Assembly: GCA_951406725.2 (NCBI GenBank)
Contig: OX597817.1
Span: 16,864,001-16,928,000 of the forward strand
DNA length: 64,000 nt
Direction of reading: 5' to 3'
From: Octopus vulgaris
Lineage: Eukaryota
Below are positions 25,982 to 40,460 of this stretch, one piece after another (position 1 is the stretch's first letter; each line of letters starts with the position of its first letter). The position numbers and the translations under genes were made by a program. Below the pieces are notes generated by a model. That model was not told the origin of the DNA and did not search any database. It worked only from the letters and a program-made list of their open reading frames with translations.

Positions 25982-26201
25982 GCCACAATACGCTTCTAAA
26001 TTGGTAGATGTAGTGTGCTGGTGGGTGAGTCTTTCAACCATCAAGGAAATGACTGTTTCCCGGATGTGGTCCTGGATAAAAGTGTTTGTAGTAGCTAGCC
26101 CAGTATGTTGATGTTGTTGTCTCAGTATCTCAGTGAATATATATATATATATACTCTTCCACCTGTCTCAGTCACCCGACTGCGGCCATGCTGGAGCACC
26201 G

Positions 26202-26244
<43 letters not shown>

Positions 26245-26562
26245 GAAATAAGACAAGGTAGAAAATGCTGAAATAATTTTATCATGAAGAACATTTTAGT
26301 ATCGGCTTCAGTCTTTGCGACTTTTTCAACTTGGAGTAAAAGCATGAAAAACAATTAAATTGAGGAAAAATTAAAAAGAAATGTTTTCTTTTAAATATTT
26401 CCATAGTTTTCAAATGCTGGGGACATTTTCCCTTTTTTCTGTCTGTCTCTGTTTCTCTTTTTTACTCTTGCAAGGTCTTGGTAGCAAGAGGATTCCACCA
26501 ACATCCTTCTACTGTCATACCACTCTCGCATTATTATTATTCTTTCTCTTCTTTTCCTACTC

Positions 26563-26690
26563 CCTTCTTCTTCTTCTTCTTCTTCTTCTTCTTCTTCTTC
26601 TTCTTCTTCTTCTTCTTCTTCTTCTTCTTCTTCTTCTTCTTCTTCTTCTTCTTCTTCTTCCTCTCCTTCCTCTTCTTCTTCTCCTTCCTC
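26563..26690. repeat. (CTT)n microsatellite
   Basis: Seen directly. Confidence 0.95.
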
Positions 26691-26811
26691 AGCTACTACT
26701 GCTGCTTAAATAATCAAAACCAAGAACTCATATCAAATATTAGGACTGCTGCTACCTGCCACCAAGCCCTCACAAGAGTAAAAAAGAAACAGAGACACAG
26801 ATAGAAAAAAG

Positions 26812-27187
26812 GAAATCTTTCAGGATGATAATGCACCAATTCACACAGCTAAAGTTGTTACTGAATGGCACGAGGAACATTCTAGTGAAGTTGAACATCT
26901 TATCTGGCCACCACAGTCTCCAGATCTCAATATTATTGAACATTTATGGCGCATTTTAGAAAAAACAAGTAAGGAGTCAATATCCTCCACCATCATCACT
27001 ATAAGAACTGGAGACTGTTTTAGCTGAAGAATGGACAAAAGTTCCTTTGGAAACAATTCAAACTTTGTACAAGTCCATACCTCGAAGAATTCAGGCTATA
27101 ATTACTGCCAAAGGCGGTCCTATCTCATATTCAAATACATTTGTTTTAAATTTTAATGTGTTTCCATTATTTTGTTGAACCCCTGTA
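26812..27187 (+). pseudogene. Tc1 (DD34E) transposase C-terminus and right end
   Basis: IFQDDNAPIHTAKVVTEW...WPPQSPDLNIIEHLW; ends aacccctgTA. Confidence 0.88.
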
Positions 27188-27759
27188 TGTATATATATAT
27201 ATATATATATAGATATATATATGTATGTATGTATATATATAATATATATAGTCATACGTACACGCCCACACCCACTCACGCACTTACATACAATTCCGTT
27301 TTATTACATGTCAAATAATTTTATAACTTTTCAAAACACCGAACCATTTATCTACGTTAAAATGAATTGATCAATTTCATGCCCAAGTAAAATCAATTTA
27401 GGTTAATTGCATAACATTTTTAGCCATATAATAAACACACATCTGCTGAATAAACTTTGGATTTTAGATTTATCGCAGGAGGTGTCAAAATTTTCGCGTG
27501 GCAAAAACTGTAACAGCTCGTTAAATAAATTTAAAAATTGAAGTGAATTTAACAGTTTTAAGCGTTGTTAAACTGCTGCAATGGCTTATTGCTCGATGTA
27601 ATTGCTTCAATTTCAAAACATGATTCAAGATTAAGTCACTTGTTGGAAAGATACAAATCTCACATGAGATAATTTGGATTTTTAGTTTAAAAAACGCGAA
27701 ATTTAGTTATAAAATTGAACTTTCATTTAATTTGTTTATTCGTTTATTCTTTGGTGTCT

Positions 27760-28141
27760 TTCAATCATTGAACTGCTGCCATGCTGGGTCATTGTCTTGA
27801 CAGGTTTTAGTTGATCAAAGAAAATCCAGTACTGTAGTTCTTTTTTAAAGTATGGCACTTATTCAATGGAATAAGTGCCAGATTTTTATTGAATCGCAAT
27901 ATTACAGTCGTAAACAACCCAACGAGGGAGGGAGAAAACACACACACACACACATACACACACATACACACACACATACATATAATGATGGGATTCTACA
28001 CAGTTTCTGTCAAACGAAACTCAATCGCAGTACATTAATCAGCCCGAGGCTATAGCAGAAGACACTAGCCTGGAATGCCGCTCAGTGGGACTGAACCCAA
28101 AGTCACGTGGTGGTGAAGCGGCCTTTTTAACTACACAGCCA
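27760..28141 (-). mobile_element. Very old SINE-A relative
   Basis: ctgccatgctgg, gcccgaggctatagcagaagacac and cagtgggactgaaccc blocks. Confidence 0.7.
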
Positions 28142-28278
28142 TATGAATAGATTTTGAAATCTTCCGTGTTCTTTATAATTTTTAATTACAGTTGTCAGTA
28201 TTTCTTGTTTATGTACATCTAATGTGTGTGGACGCCCCCAGATGATGAAGTAGACTAGCACAATACGTAGATATAGAG

Positions 28279-28497
28279 CAGTGGTTTTCAACCAGGGTTC
28301 CGTGGAACCTTAGGGTTCCGCCAGTACAGTCCAGGGGTTCCGCAAGAAATTACAAAACTGCTAAAATCGGCAGTAATTTTTAAGTCTCCTGTGCAGATAT
28401 GTGTGCATAAGACTATTAAATCATTGCACAGGGGTTCCTCGAGCCAGTGGAATGTTTCCTTGGGGTTCCGCTCCAGCAAAAAGTTTGAAAAGCACTG
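28279..28497 (+). mobile_element. hAT (Charlie-like) MITE
   Basis: TIRs cagtggttttcaa / ttgaaaagcactg; TSD atatagag/atataggg; reverse complement of 5534-5734 plus a short internal duplication. Confidence 0.88.
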
Positions 28498-28619
28498 ATA
28501 TAGGGGGAGAAGTCTAGACGTAGAAAGAGTAGAGTGGAGAGGAGAGTTGAGTAGGCATCCGAACGTGCGACGTAACAGTGGTGATGAGGATTCCGTAGCT
28601 CACACAGCCACTTTGTAGT

Positions 28620-29385
28620 ACTGCGACATAACAAATGCCAAAAAGGCCAAACGTTTTCCAGTTATCATTACCATTTCAATTAATCAAAGACTATCGAAGT
28701 TCAGGTTTCCTTATATATCTTGGCTTATTTTCAACTCTGTAATAAAATTCGTAAAGAAGCATAAGTATGTCTGGGCCATATTCACAAATAATGGGAAGCA
28801 GAAGGCTGAATTTGATGCTTGACTTGCTGGTGCTGACACAGTAATGCGCCAGATCCAGCATCCTCTCCAGAAGAGGGGAGGCTAGTAAAAAGCCGAACTT
28901 GCTATCTTCAGTTTTGTTTATGTGCCCATCCTTACTACGGTCATGGATGTTGGTTAATGATCGGAAAAGTACGATGGCGAATACACGCGGTAGAAATGGG
29001 GTTCTGCCGAAGGATATCTCTGGAGTAAGCATTACTCAACAGGGAGCGTAACTCGGATATCATGGAGTCTCTCGAGATCAAGCCCGCAACTTCTTCGCAT
29101 TGAGAGGTCACAGCTTTGGTACAAAGAACGATTAGAGTGTCGCCGGAAATAATTGCAGGATGGACTCTTCAAACCAAGCCAATCAGCAGAAGACCTAGGA
29201 GTAGACCTGGAACAAGATGATTGGAGAATATCTGTAGTCTCAGTTGGTAACTGTTGAGAATCCAGCCGAAAAGTATAATGGCAGGAAGTTATGGAGGAGG
29301 TACCTGAAGACTCTACCCCCATCGACCCTGCCAGGAATAGTGACAGAGTAGTGGGAGAAGATGAATGGATAAATGGATGGATGAA
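28620..29385 (+). pseudogene. Decayed RTE-clade LINE 3' part with (ATGG)n tail
   Basis: KYVWAIFTNNGKQKAEFD and RRPRSRPGTR remnants; tail atgaatggataaatggatggatg. Confidence 0.6.
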
Positions 29386-29405
29386 ATAAATTTCTTCAAT
29401 AAATA

Positions 29406-30526
29406 TACGGTGGAGTACCCAAAAGAAACCGGAATTTTGCAATATCATTTCATTCACTTAGATTTACATGTTTACATGTTTTATCGCCTTCAAAGTATTC
29501 TCTATTTACATTATTTACATTATTGACGGATATTTGTCTTTATCTTGTTTGTTGTTAACACATCGTTTCGACTAATATATCCTCTAGTCTTTATTAGATG
29601 AAGGCTGGAGGGTATATCAGCCGAAACGTTGTGTTAACAACAAACAACATGAGTACAAATATCCGTCAATTGTAAATAATGTAAATAATGTACATTATTC
29701 CTCATCTCTATAGAACTGTATTATTCTCTATTTGAAGCAATGCATCGGTCGAGGCGCGTTTTCTACTATTCGAAGCAGAGCTGGAACTCTTGCGAAATGA
29801 TGCCTTTTAACGTCCCCGTTGTTTTTTCTTCATCTCTTTCACATCTGCAAATTCCATAGAACCAGCTTTTGTCACCAGGGATGACCTTCGAAAAAAAAAA
29901 GTCCGGATCAACTTCCAACTGTTCACAACACGCATTCAGTCGTGAGTGCATCTCATCTTCCATGAGCAAACAAGGCACAAATTTTGCTGCAACACTTTTC
30001 ATTCGCAATTCATCGCTCAAAATTCGTTGGTAGGAGCTCCAGAACACACCAATCATATCAACAAGTTCATCAATTGTTCAGTGACCGTCCTCCAAGATCA
30101 GTTCATGAATTTACGTGATGTTTTCATTCGTTCGGAAGGTCAACGGTTTTCCTGAACGAGGTTGGTCTTCAAACGACAAATGACCATTCCTAAATCACTC
30201 GTAAATTTGTGTTCTGCTAATGACAGCGTCATTGTAAGTTGTTTGAAGCATGACAACTGTTTCGGTCGTCGTTTTTTTCCCAGCAGAAAACAGAATATCA
30301 CGGAAGCACGCTGTTCCTTCGTTTCAGCCATTACAAAAATCGACGAACATAGGAGAAGCACTTCAAAACAAAGGCGCACCACGTAGCAGTGGGACTACAC
30401 CCGACGACGTCGGTCAGCAGACTGATGCCTGAGTGTCGCATCAAGTGGATTCTCGCGGTGGCAGCCTGAACTTCAAGTTTGTTCCACAGAGAACATTTCC
30501 TGTTACTTTTGGGTACCCTCTCGTAT
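29406..30526 (-). mobile_element. Internally deleted mariner with both TIRs; contains a palindromic insert
   Basis: TIRs tacggtggagtacccaaaagaaaccggaa / reverse complement tacgagagggtacccaaaagtaacaggaa; EQRASVIFCFLLGK, MKSVAAKFVPCLL, VIPGDKSWFYG. Confidence 0.88.
29503..29690. repeat. ~190-bp imperfect palindrome of a Penelope-like hammerhead-bearing end
   Basis: Arms ttgacggatatttgt...gttaacaca.cgtttcg / cgaaacgttgtgttaac...acaaatatccgtcaa; right arm has GATGA a ggctg..cagcc GAAA cgTT. Confidence 0.8.
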
Positions 30527-30891
30527 CTATTGTAAATAAAATCTAAGAAAACGGATTGATGCCACTGCTGAAGACCTGAATTTTCTTGTTTTCATTATCG
30601 AACGCTTTCATCTATTATTGGAACAAAACAATTTGCTTTTAATTAATCCGGATTACCCTAGCTATTATAATTGTATGAATGTCATTTCACACATTGTATG
30701 AATCTGGTTAAATTTGAGTAACAGGAGGAAAAATATCAAAATGTTCGTTGTTGATACGATAAACGTTTGTGATAGCCGAGAGGATGGACCGCAAATATAG
30801 TACACATAGAAAATAAAATACAGATTAGTATCGACAAATTACTACATATTGTGTGCGCGCGCGCGTGTATACACGCACACATATATACACA

Positions 30892-30968
<77 letters not shown>

Positions 30969-31089
30969 TTACATACATACATACATACATGCAATTTAAA
31001 TATAGGATAAAATCTATATAAGAATTTATCAAGTAGTTAGCGTGAAAAACCTCATAAGGGAAAAATTTATTGATTATTCCCTATAAATA

Positions 31090-31169
<80 letters not shown>

Positions 31170-31206
31170 TACACACACAAACATACAATTATACACACAT
31201 ATAAAT

Positions 31207-31517
31207 ACTGGCATTCCGTCGGTTACGACGACGAGTGTTCCAGTTGATCCAATTAACGGAGCGGCCTGTTCATGTAATTGACGTAGAAGTGGCTAAGCAC
31301 TCAACAGACACGCGTACCCTTAAGGTGATTCTCATGAAGATTCAGCGTGACACAGAATGGTAAGAAGGCTGGCTCGTTGAATCACAGGTAGAATTCATTA
31401 TCGCCAGCAAATTGAAATAAAGTGTCTTGCTCAAGGAGCACAACGCGCCGCCGGGAATCGAACTTAGAACGTTACGATCGTGAACCGGATTCCCTAAGCA
31501 CCGAGTGACGCGCTTTC
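31207..31517 (-). mobile_element. Old SINE-C relative
   Basis: gcattccgtcggttacgacgacgag tail and gccgggaatcgaac B box (reverse). Confidence 0.75.
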
Positions 31518-31529
31518 ACACACATACAT

Positions 31530-31638
<109 letters not shown>

Positions 31639-31732
31639 CTATCTCTATATATACATATAAATGTGACCTCGTGTGTACCGTTGGCGATTTTCCCCCTCTG
31701 TCTTCCCTTCTCTGGATCTTTCTTTCTCCTAT

Positions 31733-31767
31733 GTTTCCGACGAAGAGCTCCGCTCGAAACGTTAAAC
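31733..31767 (+). ncRNA. Minimal type-I hammerhead ribozyme motif (U4C core) in a Penelope-like fragment (~31660-31872)
   Basis: gttt CCGACGA a gagc-tcc-gctc GAAA cg TT aaac: stems I and II and palindromic stem III all pair; GUU triplet. Confidence 0.6.
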
Positions 31768-31867
31768 CATCCTTCTTCCCTTCCCTTCCTGAGCGTCTAA
31801 TAATACTATACTTGTTCCACGTCCTCGCGTTGTTGTGTTTTCTCTTTGTGTTTTCATGTTTGGATTA

Positions 31868-31957
<90 letters not shown>

Positions 31958-32317
31958 AAATCTATATCAGTTTCTCTCTCTCTTCCTCTGTATGTATGTA
32001 TGTATGTATGTATGAGTGTATGTATATATGCTTTTACATAAGAATATGCATACGCACGCACACACACACACACACACACAAACGCACACACACACACGCG
32101 CGCGCACACACAAAACACACGCGTGAACACATATGCTCACACAAACATATATGTGCATGTATATAATAGCACGCTGATATAGAACCGTGCAACAGGCCTC
32201 ATAGGTAATTGCATATTATGAAGCGTATAAATACACTCAGGCAAATCATGACTAACCAATGCGAAATAGGAAAAAAAGATGTGTGGATATTGCCGTTTGA
32301 AAAAAAAAGAACCCAAC

Positions 32318-32389
<72 letters not shown>

Positions 32390-32486
32390 AGCAGCAGCAG
32401 CAGCAATGACTATGATGATAACAACCGTGATGTTGTTGCTGATAAAAACGTATATGATGATGATGACGACGATGATGATGATGATA

Positions 32487-32543
<57 letters not shown>

Positions 32544-32725
32544 GCGTTGATGGTGACGGTGGTTTTGGTGATGATGATGATGATGATGATGATGGCAATG
32601 CCGCTGATGGTGACGATGGTGGTGGTGGTGGTGGTGATGATGATGATGATGATCCTGGCGGCGATATCGACGATGCTGCTGATATTGACAATGGTAGCAG
32701 TGATGACAATTGTGTTGATGATGAC
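32318..32725. repeat. Compound (GTA)n-(GAT)n-(GGT)n field
   Basis: Seen directly. Confidence 0.95.
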
Positions 32726-32849
32726 AGAAATCGGTGGCAGCGCTCGTAGTTGCTATCAGCAGCAGTTTTCAGTCTGTTTACCAGAAGTTTTAGATTTTCT
32801 TTCGCTTGTTTTATTCGTTCGGGTTGCAGCCATAATGAGGCTATGTATG

Positions 32850-33085
32850 TATGTATTTGTGTCTGTGTTTGTCTGTGTTTGTCTCACCCATACACCCACC
32901 CACCATCGCTTGACAACCGCTGTTGGTGTGTTTACATCCCCGTAACCTAGCGGTTCGGCAAAAGATACCGATAGAATAAATACCAAGCTGACAAAGAATA
33001 AGTCCTGGGGTTGATTTGTTCGAGGAAAGGCGGTACTCCAGCATGGCCGCAGTCAAATGACTGAAACAAATAAAAGAATAAAGGA
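32850..33085 (+). mobile_element. SINE-A 3' half (older variant)
   Basis: cttgacaaccg...ccagcatggccgcagtcaaatgactgaaac. Confidence 0.8.
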
Positions 33086-33117
33086 ATATATATATATTTA
33101 GCCTTAATAATAATAAA

Positions 33118-33525
33118 GGCGCAGGAGTGGTTGCGTGGCAAGTAGCTTGCTTACCAACTACATGGTTCCGGGTTCAGTCCCACTGCGCGGCATCTTGGGC
33201 AAGTGTCTTCTGCTATAGCCACGGGCCGACCAATGCCTTGTGAGTGGATTTGGTAGACGGAAACTGAAAGAAGCCTGTCGTATATATGTATATATATATG
33301 TATGTGTGTGTGTTTGTGTGTCTGTGTTTGTCCCCCTAGCATTGCTTGACAACCGATGCTGGTGTGTTTACGTCCCCGTCACTTAGCGGTTCGGTAAAAG
33401 AGACCGATAGAATAAGTACTGAGTAACAAGTAAAAGAATAAGTCCCGGGGTCGATTTGCTCGACTAAAGGCGGTGCTCCAGCATGGCCACAGTCAAATGA
33501 CTGAAACAAGTAAAAGAGAAAAGAG
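33118..33525 (+). mobile_element. SINE-A, full length
   Basis: Full match. Confidence 0.94.
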
Positions 33526-33719
33526 AGAGAGAGAGGGAGAGAGAGAGAGAGAGAGGGATATTTAAAATGTCTGTTACTTATTACGACGGTCCCTTTTGCC
33601 AATCCGCTAGGTTACGGAAGACGTAAGCCAAACCAAAACCATTTGTCAAGCTGTGGGGAACACAAATACACCCCCCCCCATACACACGACTGATTTATGT
33701 ATATATATATATATGTATA

Positions 33720-33810
33720 TATGTGAGAGGGTGCTGAAAAGTTCCTGGTTTTGGTTAAAAGAAAATATAGGAGGATCAGTTAATTATGATTTTATCCAAC
33801 ATTTCCCTTG
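33720..33810. mobile_element. Solo mariner TIR fragment
   Basis: gagagggtgctgaaaagttcctgg resembles the mariner terminus at 23042/24248. Confidence 0.55.
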
Positions 33811-34066
33811 TTGATTAGCAGTTTATCTTACGACATTGGCATCTCTGAAAGTACATCACACGTATTGAGAAGAGCATTGTCGATGTGAGAACTGTTGCTG
33901 CTCATGAAAAAAAAAAAAAATGAACGAACTATTGAGTTTGGTTTAATGGCTTACCAATGTATACTATGAGTTTCTTTGCCCTAGGAGTCGGGAAGACACT
34001 CGGCTAGAAATGGAAGCAAATTTGAAAGAAGAAAAAAAAGTAATAATAATAATAATAATAATAATG

Positions 34067-34118
<52 letters not shown>

Positions 34119-34119
<1 letters not shown>

Positions 34120-35046
34120 TGGCTAATGGCCTCTGGCTTAAAATCTGAAACAGAGGGGTTTATCATAGCAGCTCAAGATCAATGCCTACCAACAAGAAAC
34201 TACCAGGCCAACATATTAAAGATCAGAAGCAGTCCAACGTGTCGTGTATGCAAGCAACAAAATGAAACCATTGACCATGTGGTCTCCAAGTGCAGTCTTC
34301 TAGCGCCTACAGAGTATCTCAACAGGCACGATAGAGCTGCACAATATATTCACTGGGTAATCTGTAAAAACCTGGATTTGCCCCATGAAAAAAACTGGTG
34401 GGAACACAAACCACCCCCAGTGCTTGAAAATGACCACATCTCACTCCTCTGGAACTTCACCATTCAAACTGACAGGAAGATAGATGCAAATAGGCCAGAC
34501 ATCATATTGAAAAACTTCAAACAAAGAACATGCCTCCTCATTGATATGACTGTCCCAATCGATATAAACGTATCTGTCAAGACCTACCAAAAACTGAGCA
34601 AATATAAAGATCTTGAAATAGAAATCAGCAAAATGTGGAAGCTGAAGACTAAAACAATACCTGTTGTCATAGGTGCCCTGGGAATGATAGCAAAAGGGGC
34701 TGATAGCTACCTAACTCAGATACCAGGAAACCCAAAAATGGCAGAAGTTCAAAAGATAGTGCTCATGGGAACTGCTCATATCCTACGCAAAATACTCTCT
34801 ATGTAATCTCAAGGTTTAAAACAAACATAATTTTCGGTTTAAAAAAAAAAAAAAAAAAAAAAAACTTTTTTTTTAGACATTCATTAGTACAACATCCCCA
34901 CCCCCCAAATATATGGCACACTAGGCATAACAACAACATGAACTTCCAACCCTGTTGTCTCTTGAGGTCTCTGGGTGAGACTTGGAGCCAACTTGTACAA
35001 ATATAAAGCAAAAGTCAAACATAGAATAATAATAATAATAATAATA
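34119..35046 (+). mobile_element. R4/Dong-clade (RLE) non-LTR retrotransposon, 5'-truncated; open 3' ORF 34126-34806 (CCHC knuckle and PD-D endonuclease)
   Basis: LKSETEGFIIAAQDQ, CRVC..ETIDHVVSKC, YLNRHD, NRPDII, LIDMTVP, KLSKYKDL, PVVIGALG; (TAA)n on both flanks. Confidence 0.93.
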
Positions 35047-35628
35047 AACGCCCTGATGCAGTATAAATGCCCTGATGCAGTACCAGGCAGTGGCTCTCAT
35101 GGCTTTTGATCTTAACTGATTGGCAGTGTTATCATGTACATTGTTTTGCCTTGGTATAAAAGATGGGCTATGGTAAATATTCTGCTCAATACCACAGATT
35201 TGCTTGTCAGTTGTTTGACATTAACCAGTTGAGCATGTCCTTTAGTGGCTGACGATATGTGCATCTCTGATCACGAGCAGAAGTAGTGGGGGGGCATCAT
35301 AGCCATGTGTTGAGAGGGACTCTTTGGGGTTTTGAATAATTCATCTCTGGAAATATGGGAGTTTCGTTCAACATCCTTAAACAACCTTTATTCAGGGACC
35401 TTTTGAGCGGGATGGGCTACTCGAACAGAAGAAAATTCTAACTGGGCCCCCACCTGCAAGGTCATGCGCTGTTTATCTTGATATGAGATCAGCATGCCGC
35501 GCACATATGGTTGTGACACATGTGCCTGAGGTACCCTTATCAGACGGGTAGTCATGATGGGTATACTGGGCTTCGTATATTTTACCCCAGTGTCACTTTG
35601 ATGGCATGCACTGCTCTCTCACTCAATC

Positions 35629-35630
<2 letters not shown>
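35047..35630 (+). mobile_element. Non-coding element bounded by (TAA)n on both sides
   Basis: ~580 bp with no credible ORF between TAA tracts; 5' duplication of gccctgatgcagta. Confidence 0.45.
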
Positions 35631-35699
<69 letters not shown>

Positions 35700-35744
35700 C
35701 CGGCATGGTTTAGTTTATTTCATGTTTACAATCAAGGCACTGCA

Positions 35745-35953
35745 TCCTTAATTTTGGCGCAAAGCAAGCAATTTCGGGGAGGGGATAAATCGATTCAATC
35801 GACTCCAGTGTTCTTCTGGTACTAATTTTATCGACCCCCAAAAGGATGAGAGGCAAAGTCGAACCCAGTGGCATTTGAACTTAGAAGTGAAGACGGGCGA
35901 AATGCCGCTAAGCATCTGCCCGGCACAGTAAGCGATTCTGCCAGCTCGCCACC
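35745..35953 (-). mobile_element. SINE-B monomer
   Basis: Reverse complement ggtggcgagctggcagaatcg head, single core and tail, no linker. Confidence 0.82.
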
Positions 35954-35964
35954 AATAATAATAA

Positions 35965-37940
35965 GGCTTGAAATATGAGTGGGAGGGGGAAAACACTCGA
36001 CATGTGCGGAATAGCTGAGAACGTGTGTGCACTGATTAAGAACAGCATGCCTAGTGGGAAACAACCAGCACTTAGCCGAGGTAACAATCAAAAGAAGTAT
36101 TTCCAAGGAGACTCTTGTTCACCTCCGTTATTTGTTATAGCCTTGATCCCACTTTCTGTAGTCCTACGTAAAATCAACGTACGCTATGAGCTGAGAAAGA
36201 AAGGACCTCATCTCAATCACCTTCTCTTCATGGATGATTTAAAACTGTTCGCAAAACAGAGCCTGAAACGGAGAGGTTGGTTGAGACTGTGCAAATGTGC
36301 AGCAAGGGTATAGGGATGGAATTCAGCATCTCGAAGAGTACGGTGCTTACTTTGAAGCCGGGGAAACGAATGGATTGTAGGAGCATAGAACTGCCAAACG
36401 GAGAGAGAATGGAAGACCCATATGATGATGGGATCCTGGAGCTGGACAATATCTTGCACAGACAAGATCACCACTGCATATTTCAAGCGCCTCAAACTTC
36501 TCTTGAAATCGAAGCTCAACTCAAGGAACCTTGTGACTGCCATCAGCATATGGGCTGTTGCTATAGTCCGCTATAGTGTACCTATCCTGAGATGGACACA
36601 AGCGGAGATTGACCAACTCGATCACACTACTCGAAAAACAATGGCAAGCGTACTCAGGCTCTACATGAAGAGAGGTAAGGGTGGACGTGGGCTGATTAGC
36701 GCACGGGAGTGCATCAGCAGTGAAAGAAGAAACATAGCAGAATATTTGGTAAACAGCAAAGAAGACTTGCTACAGTATGCTTGAGAGTGCTCATGAATTC
36801 TGAACAAGTACAGCCAACGAGACAGAAGGAACCCTACTACGTACGGAATTACGTGGTCAATTCCACCGTGAAACCAACAAATTAAAAGACCAGGAAGCAT
36901 CATGGAGGTGGCTCAACAAGGATGACCTAAAAACGAATACTGAAAGCCTAATCATCGCGGTCCAGAACCAGGCATTGAAAACCAACTCAGTGAATAAGAA
37001 TATATACCACACAAGTGCATCGGGCCGCTACAGAATGTGTGGTAATAATAGGCGCAGGAGTGGCTGTGTGGTAAGTAGCTTGCTTACCAACCACATGGTT
37101 CCGGGTTCAGTCCCACTGTGTAGCATCTTGGGCAAGTGTCTTCTGCTATAGCTCCGGGCCGACCAATGCCTTGTGAGTGGATTTGGTAGACGGAAACTGA
37201 AAGAAGCCTGTCGTATATATGTGACTCACATTGTTAGTACTTGCGCAGAAAGTGTCCAAGCGTAGACCCGACAAAATAGCCCCAAACCTCCACTGCCTAC
37301 TATGCTGTAAGTATGGATATGAGGTTACGGGTGCTTGGTACCAACATACACCGGAAAAAGTATTGGACAAAAAGGGGAAGGCAAAGATCTTCTGGCACTT
37401 TGATTTCCTGACAAAGTGTTAGAGCACCGAAGGCCGAAAGAGTACTGGAGTCGGAGAAATGTAAGATTTTGTGGGACTTTCCTATTCAAACGGACGAGAA
37501 ATTTGAAAATAATAGACCAGATATAATGATTGTAGCTAAGAAAAAGCGAAGTTGCTTACTTATTGACCCATCATGCCCATTTGATTCCAGGATCGTAAAT
37601 AAAGAGGAAGAAAAACAAAATAATACAATAATACAAGTTTGCTATAGAAAGAATTTGGAGCATGTGAACAATAAAGGTCGTGTCTATAATAATTAGTGCG
37701 TTGGGAACAGTAAGCCAAGATATAGACAAATGGCTAAAAGAGATTGAAATAGAATGCCCAGTAGAGCTCCTACAGAAAGTTCCTCTCTCCAGGACTGCAA
37801 GGATTATTAGGAGGGTTCTAAATCTCTGAAAGACTGCTGAAAACTTGTGGATACCTAAGGTTACAGGTAGTAACCCGTTACTCACATAAATCCTATCAGG
37901 AGTAAGACCGAACCTGAGCCAAAACAAAATAATAATAATA
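35965..37940 (+). pseudogene. Older R4/Dong-clade element (RT, knuckle and RLE remnants), frameshifted, interrupted by SINE-A
   Basis: FQGDSCSP, NHLLFMDDLKLFA, LLKSKLNSRN, RLYMKRGKGGRGL, WDFPIQTD..NNRPDI..LIDPSCP; short TAA runs at both ends. Confidence 0.88.
37051..37220 (+). mobile_element. SINE-A 5' half inserted in the R4 zinc-knuckle codons
   Basis: Exact head match; stops at the internal tatatat. Confidence 0.9.
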
Positions 37941-39184
37941 ACTTCAATATTCCCCAAATTCACCAACACACCTTCTGACGTGCCTAAAACACCTTTTCAT
38001 GGCTCTTTCACTCTTTTCGTTTTTGTCTTGTGCTTTATCCTCCATTTTATGCAAATACTTTTGGTTAAAATTGCTTTACTTTCTGTTACTTGACTTTTGT
38101 TGCTTTATATCCCTTCCTTTTCCTTTTCCAACGAATTGCAGTGCACCTGAACATCTTATACAATGATTTTAAATGGAAACGCGTATATAATTCGTCCATC
38201 CAAAATCTCTGTGGACTTCCAAGTCTTTTAAATGGCAAATCAAATTGAAGGATTATTGAGTTCTACATCGACAATATCACTCACAAAAAGGAGAAGTTAC
38301 AATAATCCTCGAGCTTTCGCACAAATTATTGGATTATAAGAAATAAAGAACCATCGAAAGCCAAACACTTTAAATCGTGTCTCTGACGTAAAGACACTTA
38401 AAATCCAGTATTACAGTCTTGGTATTTTACCGTGGAAGGCACAGATCTTCATTTGCCTTTGGTAACGAGGACATTGAATAATTGACAAGCGTTTCAGTAA
38501 ATTGCTCTGCTTAGAAAGGAAATCCTATATCGGGAAAGAGATATCACTTAGCCTGTTAATGCTGTGCAAACTAAGATAAGATCCAACACACCCTGCCAAC
38601 TATAACAGTTCTTAAAGTGAGGCAACAACAATCTTCAGTAAATCGTTTTAAAGTAAGCTACATTACTACATTACTACTGCTCAAAGGTCTATTTTCTTTT
38701 TTTCGTTTCTTTTCTTTTTTTTTTTTTTTTTGTAATTCGGCCTTTATTCACTAACTGGAAAGGTTACGAAAAAAAAAAATAACGAGAAAAAATTTAAAAG
38801 AATATATTAAAATTAAAGAACACCTTCCATAAAATAGATAAGCAAAGTCAGAGAGAAACTCGAACTAATTTATGCACTACATCTACTCTCATTAATGCAG
38901 GCGGGAACGTCAGTACACACGCACGCGCGTGTGTGTTCATAAAAGACATACGTACGTACGTGTGTGTGAGTGTTTTTTCTTTTAAATTTTTTATTTATTC
39001 AAATCCATCCCAGAAGGAAGTAGCCAATTTCTAACGAAGAACAAGTCTCTACCGTTGGAATTTTGACTACAGCCACAATAAAGTTACATCTCTAACTTTA
39101 CAAAAGTCTTGCATATTTGTACTGTTCCAATCTGTGAGCTTGCCGCACAACTGGACTGTGATCACAGATGGTAGAATACTGAAT

Positions 39185-39520
39185 ATCGGAAAGAATGTGC
39201 AAAGTGGATGCCTTGGTAGTTGATAATCGATTTGAAGGACAGGAAATAGAAGACAACCCTGAACAGATGAATGAATTTGAAGTTTATAAAAAATGTTATT
39301 CTGTTTTCGATCTTATGGCAGTGAATAAAATGTGGTCGTATCTTTATGATCCGGCGACGAAGGCTCCGGATCATAAAGATACGACCACATGGAATGATGT
39401 TACACCTCTTCCCATCAAAAGCCAGCGATCGGCACAGACATTCATGGTGACTATTTTTGGATGACAAAGGCGCTATTCTTTGTGATTTTCTGAGACATGG
39501 CTGTACTATAAACAATATTG
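39185..39520 (+). pseudogene. Very decayed mariner fragment
   Basis: WSYLYDPATK, FMVTIF, KGAILCDFLRHGCTIN remnants. Confidence 0.6.
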
Positions 39521-39639
39521 TTACGTTATATGAAGATAAAATTCAAGATTACCAAAATAATATCATAACTAAAATAGGTAAAATGTGTATATATTTTAGT
39601 ATATATACATACTGGTAAGAGACGAAAATCGTCAGGGAA

Positions 39640-40460
<821 letters not shown>

